Source: Thermoproteota archaeon
GTDB taxonomy: Archaea > Thermoproteota > Thermoprotei_A > EX4484-217-1 > JAPDJV01
Assembly (NCBI GenBank): GCA_029258925.1
Contig: JAPDJV010000003.1
Span: forward strand, 22,895 to 86,894
Length of the DNA: 64,000 nucleotides
Reading direction: 5' to 3'
Positions 1 through 10,128 of the stretch are shown here, one piece after another. Numbering within the stretch: position 1 is the stretch's first letter; each line of letters starts with the position of its first letter. Below the pieces are notes generated by a model. It was not told the origin of the DNA and ran no database searches. It was given only the letters and a program-made list of their open reading frames with translations. Position numbers and translations under genes: made by a program.

Positions 1-669
1 CTATTTGCTTCAACCAGACTCTCTATTTCAATCCTATTCTCTCTTTGGTCAAGGAAGAATCCTGTTTTCTGGCCTTTCACAACGTCGACGTAAAACAATG
101 CTCCACCTTCACGGATGACGGTCCCCCCTTTACTTCCCTTAAGAAACCCACTAACTAGGGGGAGACCTATATCCCTCCTACTTCTCTGAACACTCTTATT
201 GTAAACAGCCAGCTCTCCCCCCAAGACTTCCAACAATGCGTCTACAATGCTCTCCAGTATAGTGTCAAATGCTTGACTCGAGGACTGTATTACAGCTATG
301 TCATTATACACGTCCACTATGAGGCCGGGCATCATGTCTCCATCACTATTAATGAGTCTGTAGAAGCCGGTTTCATAGTACTTAGTAATCTTCCTTTTCC
401 CGAGGGCTCTCTCAAACCTCATTACAAGGGCTTCCCATAGATCAAGTGGGTGTTCATAGTGGAACATCATTCTAATAGCAGTTGGACCTATCTCCTCGTA
501 GAGACCGTAACCAATAATCTCCCCTCTATCGTCTACGACCTCTACTAGATCACCTGGACTGGGAGAACCCTCAACTTTCCTAACCCACTTATTGAATATT
601 ATTGTTCCTCCTTCTCTAGCCCTCCTAGCCCCCTCCCCACCAACAACAATTCTACATTTAACAACCATA
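1..669 (-). CDS. rlmI: RlmI/YccW-like class I SAM-dependent rRNA methyltransferase (PUA domain); 3'-truncated by window edge
   Basis: Not in ORF track. Manual translation from ATG 669 (GAGGAGG RBS upstream): MVVKCRIVVGGEGARRAREGG...PGDLVEVVDDRGEIIGYGLY...YRLINSDGDMMPGLIVDVY...GQKTGFFLDQRENR; open to position 1. Confidence 0.85.
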
Positions 670-892
670 ATATCCTCCTCTACTTTAAGTAAGCTCTTAG
701 GAGACGCTTAGTTATATTTTGAGAATCCTAGGAACACGTTATAAATCTATATTTTTCTAATAGTCCAACTGATACCTTGACGGGCTTGAGATTTTGAGCG
801 TGGTTGGAAAAATTTCCCTCTTAATAACGGTATCCTAAACGGTTAAATAAGAAATTTCATTTAAACATTTATTAAAAATTTTTTACACTACT

Positions 893-910
893 AAAAGTAA
901 TCTTTTTATA
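893..910 (+). promoter_or_regulatory. Putative BRE + TATA box for ABC operon 1
   Basis: AAAAGTAA followed by TTTTTATA (903-910), about 50-60 bp upstream of the SBP start. Confidence 0.4.
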
Positions 911-959
911 TTAGTATCAGAGCCTTGTTTCGCAAGTGTCACAGAGCGTAATGTGAGGT

Positions 960-2765
960 ATGTTGATAATGGAGAACAAAATTAAGATGTTCATGGTTTT
1001 AGCGTCAATACTGGTTTTAGTGCTTCCAATAATATCACCTGCTATACCGATTAGAGCTGAGGAGCAGGAAGTCTACGTACTTGCGTCTTTGAGATCAGAC
1101 CTCATAACCATGAACCCGTTCATGCAAACCCTCATAGACGAGTCTAATGTTATGGAGCTCGTTTACGACACTCTCTTCAGACAGGCTCCTAACGGCTCAT
1201 TCATTCCATGGCTTGCGGAGAGCGTTGATATAAGTGAAAACGGCACTGTTTGGACATTCCACATTAGGAGGAACGTGAAGTGGCATGATGGAACACCTCT
1301 TACAGCGGAGGATGTGGCTTTCACGTTGAACTTGATAGTTGAGAAAAGGTTTCCGTCAAGGTCAAACGTTTTCGAAGCAATAAATAGAACGGAACTAATC
1401 GATGACTACACTGTTAGAGTTTACCTGAACTATCCATACGCAGCGTTCGCTCCAGCACTTTCCTTCGTATACATAGTTCAGAAAGCGAAATGGGAGAACG
1501 TGGAGGATCCGTTCACCTACTCCAATTTCGAGAATCCCATTGGAACGGGACCTTTCAAGTGGGTTGAGAGGGTTGCAGGAGACTATGTTAAGCTTGCTGC
1601 AAACAAGGATTACTGGGCTGGAGCACCTAAAATAGATGGAGTAATATTTAAGATCTATCAGAGTTCCGACGCAGCCTACATGGCTGTCGATAAGGGCGAA
1701 ATAGATGCTATGAACAACCTGTTCATACCACCACACCTAATATCTCAGGCCGAGGAAAAGGTCAACGCGAATCCTGCTCTAAGACTTCACTTCAGGAAGC
1801 CAGTGTACTTCCAGTACATAACTTGTCCCCTCTGGAAGTACCCGTTCAGCATAAAGGAGTTCAGAGAGGCACTTCTATACGCCATTAACGTAAGCGCCAT
1901 TATAGACATAGTCTATAATGGCCACGCTGACCCGGGAAGCCTGGGTACAATGCCACCTGTCTTCGGGGAAATGCCTGAAAACTGGTATAAGCCTGGACTG
2001 GAAAAGGAAGTACTCTACCCGTTCAACTTGGATACGGCTAAGAGCATATTGGATTCGCTGAACTTCATCGACAGGGATGGCGACGGTATTAGGGAGACTC
2101 CTAATGGAACTAAACTAGAGTTCAGCATGCTCGCATCATCAATATACCCGGATAGAATAAGGATAGCCGAGCTTGTGAGAGACTGGTGGAATGAGATCGG
2201 TGTTAAAGTGAATGTCGATGTATTAGATCACAGGACTGTGGTTTCAACGTTTCTAAGCCACGATTTCGACCTAATAGTTATAGGAATATGGCTTTCGGAG
2301 CCTGATGACTGGTACCTGATACTGCACTCCTCGGGTGCGGTGGTGAACGGGTTCAATACAGCTGAATACAAGAACTCTGAGGTAGATGCCCTCTTAGAGC
2401 AGCAGAGAGCAGAGGTTAACATTGAGCGCCGTAGACAGTTGCTTTGGGAGATGCAGGAGAAGGTTGCACAGGACATACCATACTTGTCGCTAGTACACAT
2501 ACACGAAGCATACATGTACAGAGTTGACAAGGTAACTGGATGGGTTACTTCAACAATATTCCCGCCAGGAAACTTCTGGAGCTACTTGAATCTGCAGCCA
2601 GCAACTCCAACAACACCAGCTACTGCGACAACACCGGCCACCGGAACAACGCCGACAGAAGAGACTGCGCCAGCGGCTGGAGTGCCATTAGAGTGGATAG
2701 GAGTGGGAGTGGTAGCCGTTATCATTATAGCTGTTGTGGCGTTCATAGTTTTGAGGCGCAAGTGA
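960..2765 (+). CDS. dppA: Family 5 peptide/nickel ABC substrate-binding protein, C-terminally membrane anchored
   Basis: Signal peptide, YDTL, WHDG-P-TAEDV-FT, PIGTGPF motifs; Thr/Pro linker, then TM helix ending LRRK. Confidence 0.93.
   Translation: MLIMENKIKMFMVLASILVLVLPIISPAIPIRAEEQEVYVLASLRSDLITMNPFMQTLIDESNVMELVYDTLFRQAPNGSFIPWLAESVDISENGTVWTFHIRRNVKWHDGTPLTAEDVAFTLNLIVEKRFPSRSNVFEAINRTELIDDYTVRVYLNYPYAAFAPALSFVYIVQKAKWENVEDPFTYSNFENPIGTGPFKWVERVAGDYVKLAANKDYWAGAPKIDGVIFKIYQSSDAAYMAVDKGEIDAMNNLFIPPHLISQAEEKVNANPALRLHFRKPVYFQYITCPLWKYPFSIKEFREALLYAINVSAIIDIVYNGHADPGSLGTMPPVFGEMPENWYKPGLEKEVLYPFNLDTAKSILDSLNFIDRDGDGIRETPNGTKLEFSMLASSIYPDRIRIAELVRDWWNEIGVKVNVDVLDHRTVVSTFLSHDFDLIVIGIWLSEPDDWYLILHSSGAVVNGFNTAEYKNSEVDALLEQQRAEVNIERRRQLLWEMQEKVAQDIPYLSLVHIHEAYMYRVDKVTGWVTSTIFPPGNFWSYLNLQPATPTTPATATTPATGTTPTEETAPAAGVPLEWIGVGVVAVIIIAVVAFIVLRRK
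2598..2676 (+). repeat. Low-complexity Pro/Thr/Ala linker-coding repeat
   Basis: Encodes PATPTTPATATTPATGTTPTEETAPAA. Confidence 0.8.
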
Positions 2766-2817
2766 TAGCATCTCGAACATACCTTTTTCTATTTAATTAT
2801 AGTGTAGATGATGACCT

Positions 2818-3807
2818 ATGACTGGTGTCCTGAGGTTAATAATAGTAAAACTCTCGTATAGAATCATAATATTATTTATAATACTCACTCTCATATTCCT
2901 AATCCCCAGGCTAGCTCCTGGGCTCCCAATAGACTACTTGGTTGAGGATCCTCGAGTCCCCCCTGAAATAAGGTCCGAGCTAATGGCCAAGTTCGGACTA
3001 GACAAACCCATATTCCCCGACCAGTACCTAGATTTCCTGGAGAGAACAATACTTCACTTGGACTTCGGGTACTCCTTCATGTACCAGGAAAGCGTTTTCA
3101 AAGTTATAGCGGAGAGGATAACGTGGTCTATTCTCCTAGTTGGTTCAGCACTGGCCATCTCCTTCATACTGGGGACTTGTCTAGGAATATTTGCGGCTTG
3201 GAGGAGGGGTAAGATCACAGATTACTCCGTGGTCTTCAGTGTACTATTCGTTAGGAGCATGCCCGTTTTCTGGACAGGCATGATACTCCTGCTATTCTTA
3301 TCCTACTACTACAACATATTTCCGACTGGAGGTGCTATTCAGCCGGGAGCCAAATACGATAGTTTCCTGGACTACGCCTACGATGTGCTCAGACACCTAG
3401 CCCTCCCATTAATGGCGATAATACCCTTCTTCACAGCCAAATACCTTATGGTTATGAGGAATAGCATGGTTGATGTAGTAACCGAGGATTACATAGTTAC
3501 TGCTAAAGCTAAGGGTTTAAGCGATAGGAAGATAATGTTCGAGCATGCTGCGAGAAACGCTCTCCTGCCAGTGATAACAATGTTAGCCATAGACATTGGA
3601 TCCATTATGGGCGGAGCCGTGGTTACCGAAACTGTTTTCTCCTATCCTGGAGTAGGGCTCTTAATATATAGTGCCGTCATGAACCACGATTACCCTCTGA
3701 TCCTAGGAGCATTCTTCATAATATCAGCTGTAACTTTAATCACCACGTTCATAGCCGAAATATTATATACAATGCTGGATCCGAGAGTGAAGGCACATGA
3801 GGCATAG
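2818..3807 (+). CDS. dppB: Peptide ABC transporter permease (DppB/OppB)
   Basis: FGLDKP..QY, EAA loop TAKAKGLSDRKIMFEHAARNALLP, NHDYP. Confidence 0.93.
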   Translation: MTGVLRLIIVKLSYRIIILFIILTLIFLIPRLAPGLPIDYLVEDPRVPPEIRSELMAKFGLDKPIFPDQYLDFLERTILHLDFGYSFMYQESVFKVIAERITWSILLVGSALAISFILGTCLGIFAAWRRGKITDYSVVFSVLFVRSMPVFWTGMILLLFLSYYYNIFPTGGAIQPGAKYDSFLDYAYDVLRHLALPLMAIIPFFTAKYLMVMRNSMVDVVTEDYIVTAKAKGLSDRKIMFEHAARNALLPVITMLAIDIGSIMGGAVVTETVFSYPGVGLLIYSAVMNHDYPLILGAFFIISAVTLITTFIAEILYTMLDPRVKAHEA

Positions 3808-4654
3808 GATGGGTTTTCTCACAACAATAATCGAAGTACTGAGAAGACCTTGGGGGTTGATAGGCTTCATAATACTAATGTTCTTCGTGAGCATAGCGAT
3901 CCTTGCACCCTACATATCCCCCTACAATCCATGGAAGATAACTGGCAGACCGTTCAGTAAGCCTTCACCCGACCACCTGCTTGGAACAAACGATATGGGA
4001 CAGGACTTGCTGAGCGAACTATTATATGGTGCAAGACTTTCGCTAATGATAGGTGTAGTAGCGGCAGTAGCCTCAACAATAATAGGAACTGTAGTCGGCT
4101 TACTGGCAGGTTTCCTAGGAGGAGTCTTCGACCGTACTCTAACAGGGATAACAGACGTATTCCTACTGCTCCCCGCACTCCCCTTAATGCTGGTGCTCTC
4201 AGTTTTCATGGGGCCAGGATTCTTCACAATAGTGCTCGTAATAACCGTGATGAGTTGGCCTCCAGTTGCTAGAATGGTCAGAGCGCAAGTTCTTTCAATA
4301 AAGAATAGGTTATATGTTGAAGCATCTAGAGCTCTAGGTGCGGGGGGACTCCACATAATGTTCAGACATGTGCTCCCCAACATAGCGCCAGTGATGGTTG
4401 CAATAGCAGTGCTGATGGTCGGGGAGGCAATGATAGCTGAGGCATCCCTAAGCTTCCTAGGGTTAGGTGATCCAACGAAGAAGAGCTGGGGGATAATGTT
4501 ACACTGGGCGTTTAGGACTGGAGCATTTAGTTTCGGAGCATGGTGGTGGATTGTGCCTCCAGGCTTATGTATAGCACTAGTTGTATTCGGATTCGCCTCA
4601 CTAGGCTACGCAATAGAGGAGGTAATAAACCCCAGGCTTAGGGCAGGACGCTAG
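3797..4654 (+). CDS. dppC: Peptide ABC transporter permease (DppC/OppC)
   Basis: HLLGTNDMGQD, EASRALGA, RHVLPN, LSFLGLG; overlaps dppB stop. Confidence 0.93.
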   Translation: MRHRMGFLTTIIEVLRRPWGLIGFIILMFFVSIAILAPYISPYNPWKITGRPFSKPSPDHLLGTNDMGQDLLSELLYGARLSLMIGVVAAVASTIIGTVVGLLAGFLGGVFDRTLTGITDVFLLLPALPLMLVLSVFMGPGFFTIVLVITVMSWPPVARMVRAQVLSIKNRLYVEASRALGAGGLHIMFRHVLPNIAPVMVAIAVLMVGEAMIAEASLSFLGLGDPTKKSWGIMLHWAFRTGAFSFGAWWWIVPPGLCIALVVFGFASLGYAIEEVINPRLRAGR

Positions 4655-4659
4655 TTTAG

Positions 4660-6258
4660 GTGTTTGAAATGGTATTCGACATAATAGTTCGAGGAGGCAT
4701 AATTGTAGATGGAACAGGTAATCCAGCATACAGAGCTGACATAGCTATTAGTGGAGACACTATAGTGAAAATTGGGGACCTAAGTGGTTTAAGAGGAGAG
4801 AAGGAAGTAGATGCCACGGGCTTAATAGTGGCTCCTGGAATAGTGGACATACACAACCACTCCGATATAACGATATTTCTGGACCCCCAAGCAAAAAACC
4901 TAGTATTACAAGGCATAACCACGGTGGTTATAGGAAACTGTGGAGCTACTCCAGCACCAATAGTAGATAAACGTAAACCTGTTGAGGAGATTTGGAAGCC
5001 CTACTCACGCATTATACCCTTCAAGTGGTCCAGCTTTAAAGAATACCTGGACGCATTGAACAGTTTACCTAAAAGCATAAACCTGGCTCCTCTAGTAGGC
5101 TACAATACTATCAGAGCCACCATTATGGGATTTGAAAACAGAGAGCCTACAGAGAGAGAAATGGAAGCGATGAAGAAGTGCGTGGAGAACGCTATGCTTG
5201 CAGGAGCCTTCGGCCTCAGCAGTGGACTCATCTATAGCCCCGGAGTCTACGGTAAGACAGAGGAAATAGTGGAGCTAGCTAAAGTTGCTTCAAGACATGG
5301 AGGCATATATGCGACTCACATAAGAAACGAGTCGGATCTTGTAGTAGACGCTGTTTTAGAAGCTATAGAAATAGGTAGAAGAGCCCTGATACCAGTTCAA
5401 ATAGCACACCACAAGGTTCTAGGTGCTAGGAATAGGGGGAAAGCCAGGGTAACGCTGGGGTTAATAGATCATTATAGGGAGAACGGAGTAAATGTTACGG
5501 TGGACGTATACCCGTATACAGCTGGAATGACCTCCCTCTTCGCCCTTCTACCTCCATGGGCGAGAGAGAACGGAATAGAGGAGACCATAAGGAAACTCAG
5601 CAGTATTGAGTACAGGGAGAAAGTTGTCAAATGCCTTGAAGAAGACCTCGGTGAATGGGAGAACTTAATGTATCATGCTGGCCTAAGTGGAATTGTCATA
5701 GCCCATTCAGTCACTTGTCCAGAATATGAAGGTTTAAGTTTGAAGGAGATATCCGAGAAAACCGGTCAAAACCCTTACGATGTAATGTTTGAGCTCATTG
5801 AAAAGGATCGTGGAGGAACATACGTCATAGTTCACGGAATTTCTAGAGAAGACATGGAGCTCATAATAAAGCATCCGGTTTCTATGATTAGCACGGATTC
5901 ACTTGTCGTAGTGTATGGGGAAGGATATCCGCATCCAAGATTCTACGGAACATATCCCAAAATACTGCGATACTACGTTAGAGAACGCAAGTTGTTGACT
6001 CTTGAGGAAGCTGTAAGGAAGATGACTAGCGCGCCAGCCACTAGAATCGGGCTAATTGATAGAGGACTTCTTAGACCAGGGTTTAAGGCGGATCTGCTAA
6101 TATTCAATTTCGGGAAAATAGAGGATACTGCCACATACGAGGAGCCACACTCTTATCCTAAGGGCATAGAATATGTAATAGTGAACGGGGAGATAACGGT
6201 GGAGAAGGGAGAGCACTTGGGAACCAGTGCGGGGAGACTGTTGCTTAAAACCCTGTGA
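4660..6258 (+). CDS. N-acyl-D-amino-acid deacylase (D-aminoacylase; amidohydrolase superfamily)
   Basis: DIHNHSD, GNCG, HIRNE, AHHK, DVYPY, PHPRFYGTYP motifs. Confidence 0.88.
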   Translation: MFEMVFDIIVRGGIIVDGTGNPAYRADIAISGDTIVKIGDLSGLRGEKEVDATGLIVAPGIVDIHNHSDITIFLDPQAKNLVLQGITTVVIGNCGATPAPIVDKRKPVEEIWKPYSRIIPFKWSSFKEYLDALNSLPKSINLAPLVGYNTIRATIMGFENREPTEREMEAMKKCVENAMLAGAFGLSSGLIYSPGVYGKTEEIVELAKVASRHGGIYATHIRNESDLVVDAVLEAIEIGRRALIPVQIAHHKVLGARNRGKARVTLGLIDHYRENGVNVTVDVYPYTAGMTSLFALLPPWARENGIEETIRKLSSIEYREKVVKCLEEDLGEWENLMYHAGLSGIVIAHSVTCPEYEGLSLKEISEKTGQNPYDVMFELIEKDRGGTYVIVHGISREDMELIIKHPVSMISTDSLVVVYGEGYPHPRFYGTYPKILRYYVRERKLLTLEEAVRKMTSAPATRIGLIDRGLLRPGFKADLLIFNFGKIEDTATYEEPHSYPKGIEYVIVNGEITVEKGEHLGTSAGRLLLKTL

Positions 6259-6317
6259 AGCCATGTAGTTTCCGTTAAAAAGTCCTCAGCGTTTACCTGC
6301 TCTAATTTATAATGTTT

Positions 6318-6671
6318 TCAGCATGTTAAGTGGAATGCTCCTACAACGCTCCTGCCTTCTTTAACAAGTTTATTGAACTCGTTTACCGCTTCACGAGTAG
6401 GCTTGGCTAGTATTTTCACGCCTCTCTTCCCCATTTCCTCGTATACTTCTCTCTTAACCTTCATTAACCCATAGTACCCTGTTCCGACAACAAGATACTC
6501 GAATTTTTCATCTAATACTTCTTCTAAGTCCTTGAGGCATAGGCTGTGTCCCTCAACTCTCCACCAATTCTCAACTATTTTTCCAGGAGCTATTATGAGG
6601 TCGCTTGTATACTTCTTCCCATTAATAACCATAACACCGAAATCGTAGACTTCTATAATGGTTACCACCAA
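6318..6671 (-). CDS. Mth938-like (DUF498) protein
   Basis: YDFGVMVINGKKYTSDLII, WWRVEGH, VVGTG, C-terminal FHLTC. Confidence 0.9.
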   Translation of the reverse strand: MVVTIIEVYDFGVMVINGKKYTSDLIIAPGKIVENWWRVEGHSLCLKDLEEVLDEKFEYLVVGTGYYGLMKVKREVYEEMGKRGVKILAKPTREAVNEFNKLVKEGRSVVGAFHLTC

Positions 6672-6759
6672 CTCCTAGTATGCTACTGGAAACTTAAAGA
6701 GATTATGGTTATAGCTAAAACTCCTATACTTCGATGCTCTCCATCCGCATGTTAGCGTG

Positions 6760-7704
6760 CTATCCCTCTAGTCCACCTACTTCAATTTCTCCCTCCAGCA
6801 CCCTATTCCCCCTGACTACTTTCACCGGCAGCATTCCTCCAATACCCACATTCTCTATTACCTCCTTAAGCTCCCTAACAGACTCTATTTTCCTACCTCC
6901 AGCCTCAACTATTATGTCTCCCCTAACTACACCTGCAATACTTGCCGGTCCCCCTCTAACAACGCTTACTATTAGAACGCCCTTATCTACTGGAAGCCCG
7001 TAGTATTTTGCTATTTCAGGTGTCAAGGCTTTACCGTGGATCCCTATCCAGGGCTTAATAACTCTCCCATATTTCTCTATTAAATCGAGCATTTTCTTGA
7101 CATAAGATATTGGAATTGCGAAGCCTATGCCTCTAGCATATGGTAGCATAGCGCTTACCACTCCCACAGCTTTACCCTCCAAGTCTACGAGCGGGCCACC
7201 GCTGTTTCCCGGATTCACTGCAGCATCTGTTTGAATAAGGCCCTCAATGATGCCGTACTTGGTCTTTATGCTTCTATTCTTAGCGCTGACAACACCCATT
7301 GTAACAGTTGGCTCCCCCCAAATTCCAAGAGGGCTTCCGATAGCGAAGACTAGTTGTCCAACCTTAAGAGACTCGCTATCTCCCAGTTCCAATGGTTTCA
7401 AGTTTGATGCCTCTATTCTTATTAGAGCTAGATCGGAAAATTTGTCTGTGGCAACAACACTCCCCTTAAAATTCCTTCCATCGGAGAGAAATACTTCAAC
7501 ACCTCTAGATTTCTCGACTACATGGTGGTTTGTCAAAACTAGGCCTTCCTCGGATATTATAAATCCTGAACCAGCTCCCCTAACAGGAGTTATCTCGAAT
7601 GCTTGGTCATATATTACTTTCACCGTTGCAATATGTACGACACTTGGCCTAACTTTCTCTATAACACTTACTATTGCTCTATCCAAATCTTTAATATCAA
7701 TCAT
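6760..7704 (-). CDS. htrA: HtrA/DegP-family trypsin-like serine protease with one PDZ domain
   Basis: Triad TNHHV / DLALI / GNSGGP; C-terminal PDZ; no signal peptide. Confidence 0.92.
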   Translation of the reverse strand: MIDIKDLDRAIVSVIEKVRPSVVHIATVKVIYDQAFEITPVRGAGSGFIISEEGLVLTNHHVVEKSRGVEVFLSDGRNFKGSVVATDKFSDLALIRIEASNLKPLELGDSESLKVGQLVFAIGSPLGIWGEPTVTMGVVSAKNRSIKTKYGIIEGLIQTDAAVNPGNSGGPLVDLEGKAVGVVSAMLPYARGIGFAIPISYVKKMLDLIEKYGRVIKPWIGIHGKALTPEIAKYYGLPVDKGVLIVSVVRGGPASIAGVVRGDIIVEAGGRKIESVRELKEVIENVGIGGMLPVKVVRGNRVLEGEIEVGGLEG

Positions 7705-7894
7705 TTAGGATTCAACTCTGCAAGTTGCATTCTCAAACTAAAAAATATAAACTATTATAAACTTATGTATTATATATTTCCTAATATAGTGTTGCAGACT
7801 GGAATTGTTCTAACTTTTCCATGCTTATTATGAAGCAAGCTCGTGTGAATACATTTATTTTTAATATCTGCGTTAAAGGATTGGTCTATGAGAG

Positions 7895-9121
7895 GTGTCT
7901 GCGATTAATTCCGCAAGAAGCTCTGTTTGGATAGTTCTACCTTTCCTAGTGGCGTCTATAGCTGGGACAGCGGCTTTCCGCTTATCCATGCCAGTAGTCG
8001 CCTACTATGTGCGGGAGACTCTATATAGTTCGATGATTGAAGTAAGCTTGCTCACAATAGCTTTTCTACTAGCTAGAGCGCTGTCTTCGGTAATTGCTGG
8101 GAGAATTGTTGATAAAGTTAAGAGGGCCATTGTACTCATAGTTTTGCTGGGATTCACTATCAACGGGTTAATAACAGTATTATATGCATATATTTCATCA
8201 TGGATCGAGGCAATAGTTTTGAGGTTAATGCAGGGTGCTCTTAACGGATTTACGTGGCCTACTATACAATTCGTTGTTGCATCGATAAGTCCAATTAAGT
8301 GGCGTGGAAGAATTCTTGCAACGTATTTTGCTTTAGGCTCGATCGGATTGTTCGCAGGAGACCTAATTTACTCTTTTATGGCAAACATGCCTGCTCTAAC
8401 AATTCTCTCAATATCCTCGTTGATGTTCATTACCTCAGCTATCTCATCAGTGTTGGGGTCGATCTCATACTTGAAAGAGGATTTTAAAGAGGAGGAGAGT
8501 GTCGAGGCAAACACGGGATCCTTCGGTGCCAGTAGCGTAGATGTTCATAGTAGCTTACTGCTTTCAATACTAATTGCTGGCTTCACCGTCATGTACATGA
8601 GTGCTATTGTTTCAGGAGATTTTGCCTACGTTTACTTTAGGGAGACGCTAGTGTTGAGTAGGAGTGAAACAGCACTAATATTAGGCATCACAGGGTTTAT
8701 TGGTGTTATAGCGAGTTTCGCGGTCAGCTGGTTCTCTGATAGATACTCCGAGAACAACACACTAATATTAGTGTTCGGCATCTCAATAATAGCTCCCATA
8801 CTATTATTATTCAATACTCTGGCCACTGTATGCATTAGCCTCATACTCATAGGTGTAGCTGTCAAATCCTTTAACCCGCTTTCCAGAAAATATGCCACAC
8901 ACTTTCTAAAAGCGGCAACAGTCATAGGATTACTTAATGCTACAGGCAACATTGGAAGAGCCATTGGGCAACTCGTTTTAGGCTACGCGTACGATGTCAT
9001 CGATGCTCAAACAATTAGTTTGAGTGTTTTTAGAATACTTGAACTCCCATTACTGTTAACTCTGCCACTACCAGCACTACTATGGTCTGCAACAATATTG
9101 TACAGGAGAAAGTTAACCTAA
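7895..9121 (+). CDS. MFS transporter
   Basis: About 12 hydrophobic segments; GRIVDKVKR motif A-like; RLMQG. Confidence 0.85.
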   Translation: MSAINSARSSVWIVLPFLVASIAGTAAFRLSMPVVAYYVRETLYSSMIEVSLLTIAFLLARALSSVIAGRIVDKVKRAIVLIVLLGFTINGLITVLYAYISSWIEAIVLRLMQGALNGFTWPTIQFVVASISPIKWRGRILATYFALGSIGLFAGDLIYSFMANMPALTILSISSLMFITSAISSVLGSISYLKEDFKEEESVEANTGSFGASSVDVHSSLLLSILIAGFTVMYMSAIVSGDFAYVYFRETLVLSRSETALILGITGFIGVIASFAVSWFSDRYSENNTLILVFGISIIAPILLLFNTLATVCISLILIGVAVKSFNPLSRKYATHFLKAATVIGLLNATGNIGRAIGQLVLGYAYDVIDAQTISLSVFRILELPLLLTLPLPALLWSATILYRRKLT

Positions 9122-9177
9122 AATATTGTGGGAGGATTACGGGTGAAATTCTTTTATAGGTTTCTTAGAAGGCTAAC

Positions 9178-9756
9178 TCATTTTCTAAAATATCTCTTAT
9201 CGTAGAATCTCCAAGGCTTCTCAACACCCTTAGATATCCCTATCCTACTTGAGACACCAACATACTCGTCTGGAACTCTACTGCCTTTGCAAACGTATAG
9301 TGGGCCAGGTTTAGTCATGTCTATTCCAAATAATTTCATGTCTACCTTCAACAATGTTGTGACTCTCGCCGGCCCTCTCACAGCTCTCCCCACTAGGCTC
9401 TCCGAAGGATGGGATACCACTCTTATAGACCTTATTAATACTCCTCCCGGCATGCCGGGGGGCTCGGCTGTTATGTTTAATAAGTGATGAATCCCGTACG
9501 CTATATAGATGTATGCGTGGCCAGGTGGTCCAAACATTATTTCACTTCCCTTCCTCCTCTTATAGGCGTGGCTTGCTGGATCATCTCTCCCCCTATACGC
9601 TTCTGCTTCAATTATTTCCCCAGCTATAACAGTGTTCCCGATTCTTCTAACAAGGATCATTCCCAGAACTTCTCTTGCCACTACTACGGCATTTCTATTG
9701 AAGAAGCTCCTGCTTAGGGGAATCAGCTTCTCAGGGACTTCTCTGAGAACCTTCAA
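9178..9756 (-). CDS. mpg: DNA-3-methyladenine glycosylase (AAG/MPG family)
   Basis: EAEAYRG.DDPASHAY, YIYIAYGIHHLLNI, GVLIRS, GPARV, SRIGIS, PWRFY. Confidence 0.92.
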   Translation of the reverse strand: MKVLREVPEKLIPLSRSFFNRNAVVVAREVLGMILVRRIGNTVIAGEIIEAEAYRGRDDPASHAYKRRKGSEIMFGPPGHAYIYIAYGIHHLLNITAEPPGMPGGVLIRSIRVVSHPSESLVGRAVRGPARVTTLLKVDMKLFGIDMTKPGPLYVCKGSRVPDEYVGVSSRIGISKGVEKPWRFYDKRYFRK

Positions 9757-10070
9757 CTCCCCCTCCCTACTATGAACTTCTCCTCATAATCTCTATAATA
9801 ATAGTAGGGTCCATTAATTGCTGAAGCTAGTAACACTCTAGCTTCGCCTCCAAGAACTCTTTCAGCGATCTTCAAAATATTTTCGAGAGTAGGGTTTCTC
9901 CTAGCTTTCGATATTAGTGGCTTTAGTTCGGGATGTTCGTAAACTATCATTCTAGCAGCTTCCTCGAATAGCCTCCTCCCATCGGAGTTCAATGCCCCCC
10001 TAGAGAAGTACACCATGTAACCTTTAATCAGCTTCCTAAGTATGAAGCCTACATCTTTACCGAACTTCAT
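9753..10070 (-). CDS. Hypothetical protein
   Basis: Coding-like composition; stop overlaps mpg start (coupled). Confidence 0.7.
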   Translation of the reverse strand: MKFGKDVGFILRKLIKGYMVYFSRGALNSDGRRLFEEAARMIVYEHPELKPLISKARRNPTLENILKIAERVLGGEARVLLASAINGPYYYYRDYEEKFIVGRGS

Positions 10071-10128
10071 AGAAATCCCTTTAGATTATTTAGTGGAGTG
10101 GTGGGAAATAAGTCTGTCCTCCAGAAAC

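Noticed and set aside
2806-2833. ATGATGA...CTGA upstream of dppB
   Set aside because: Only one box pair, overlapping the start region; no C'/D'
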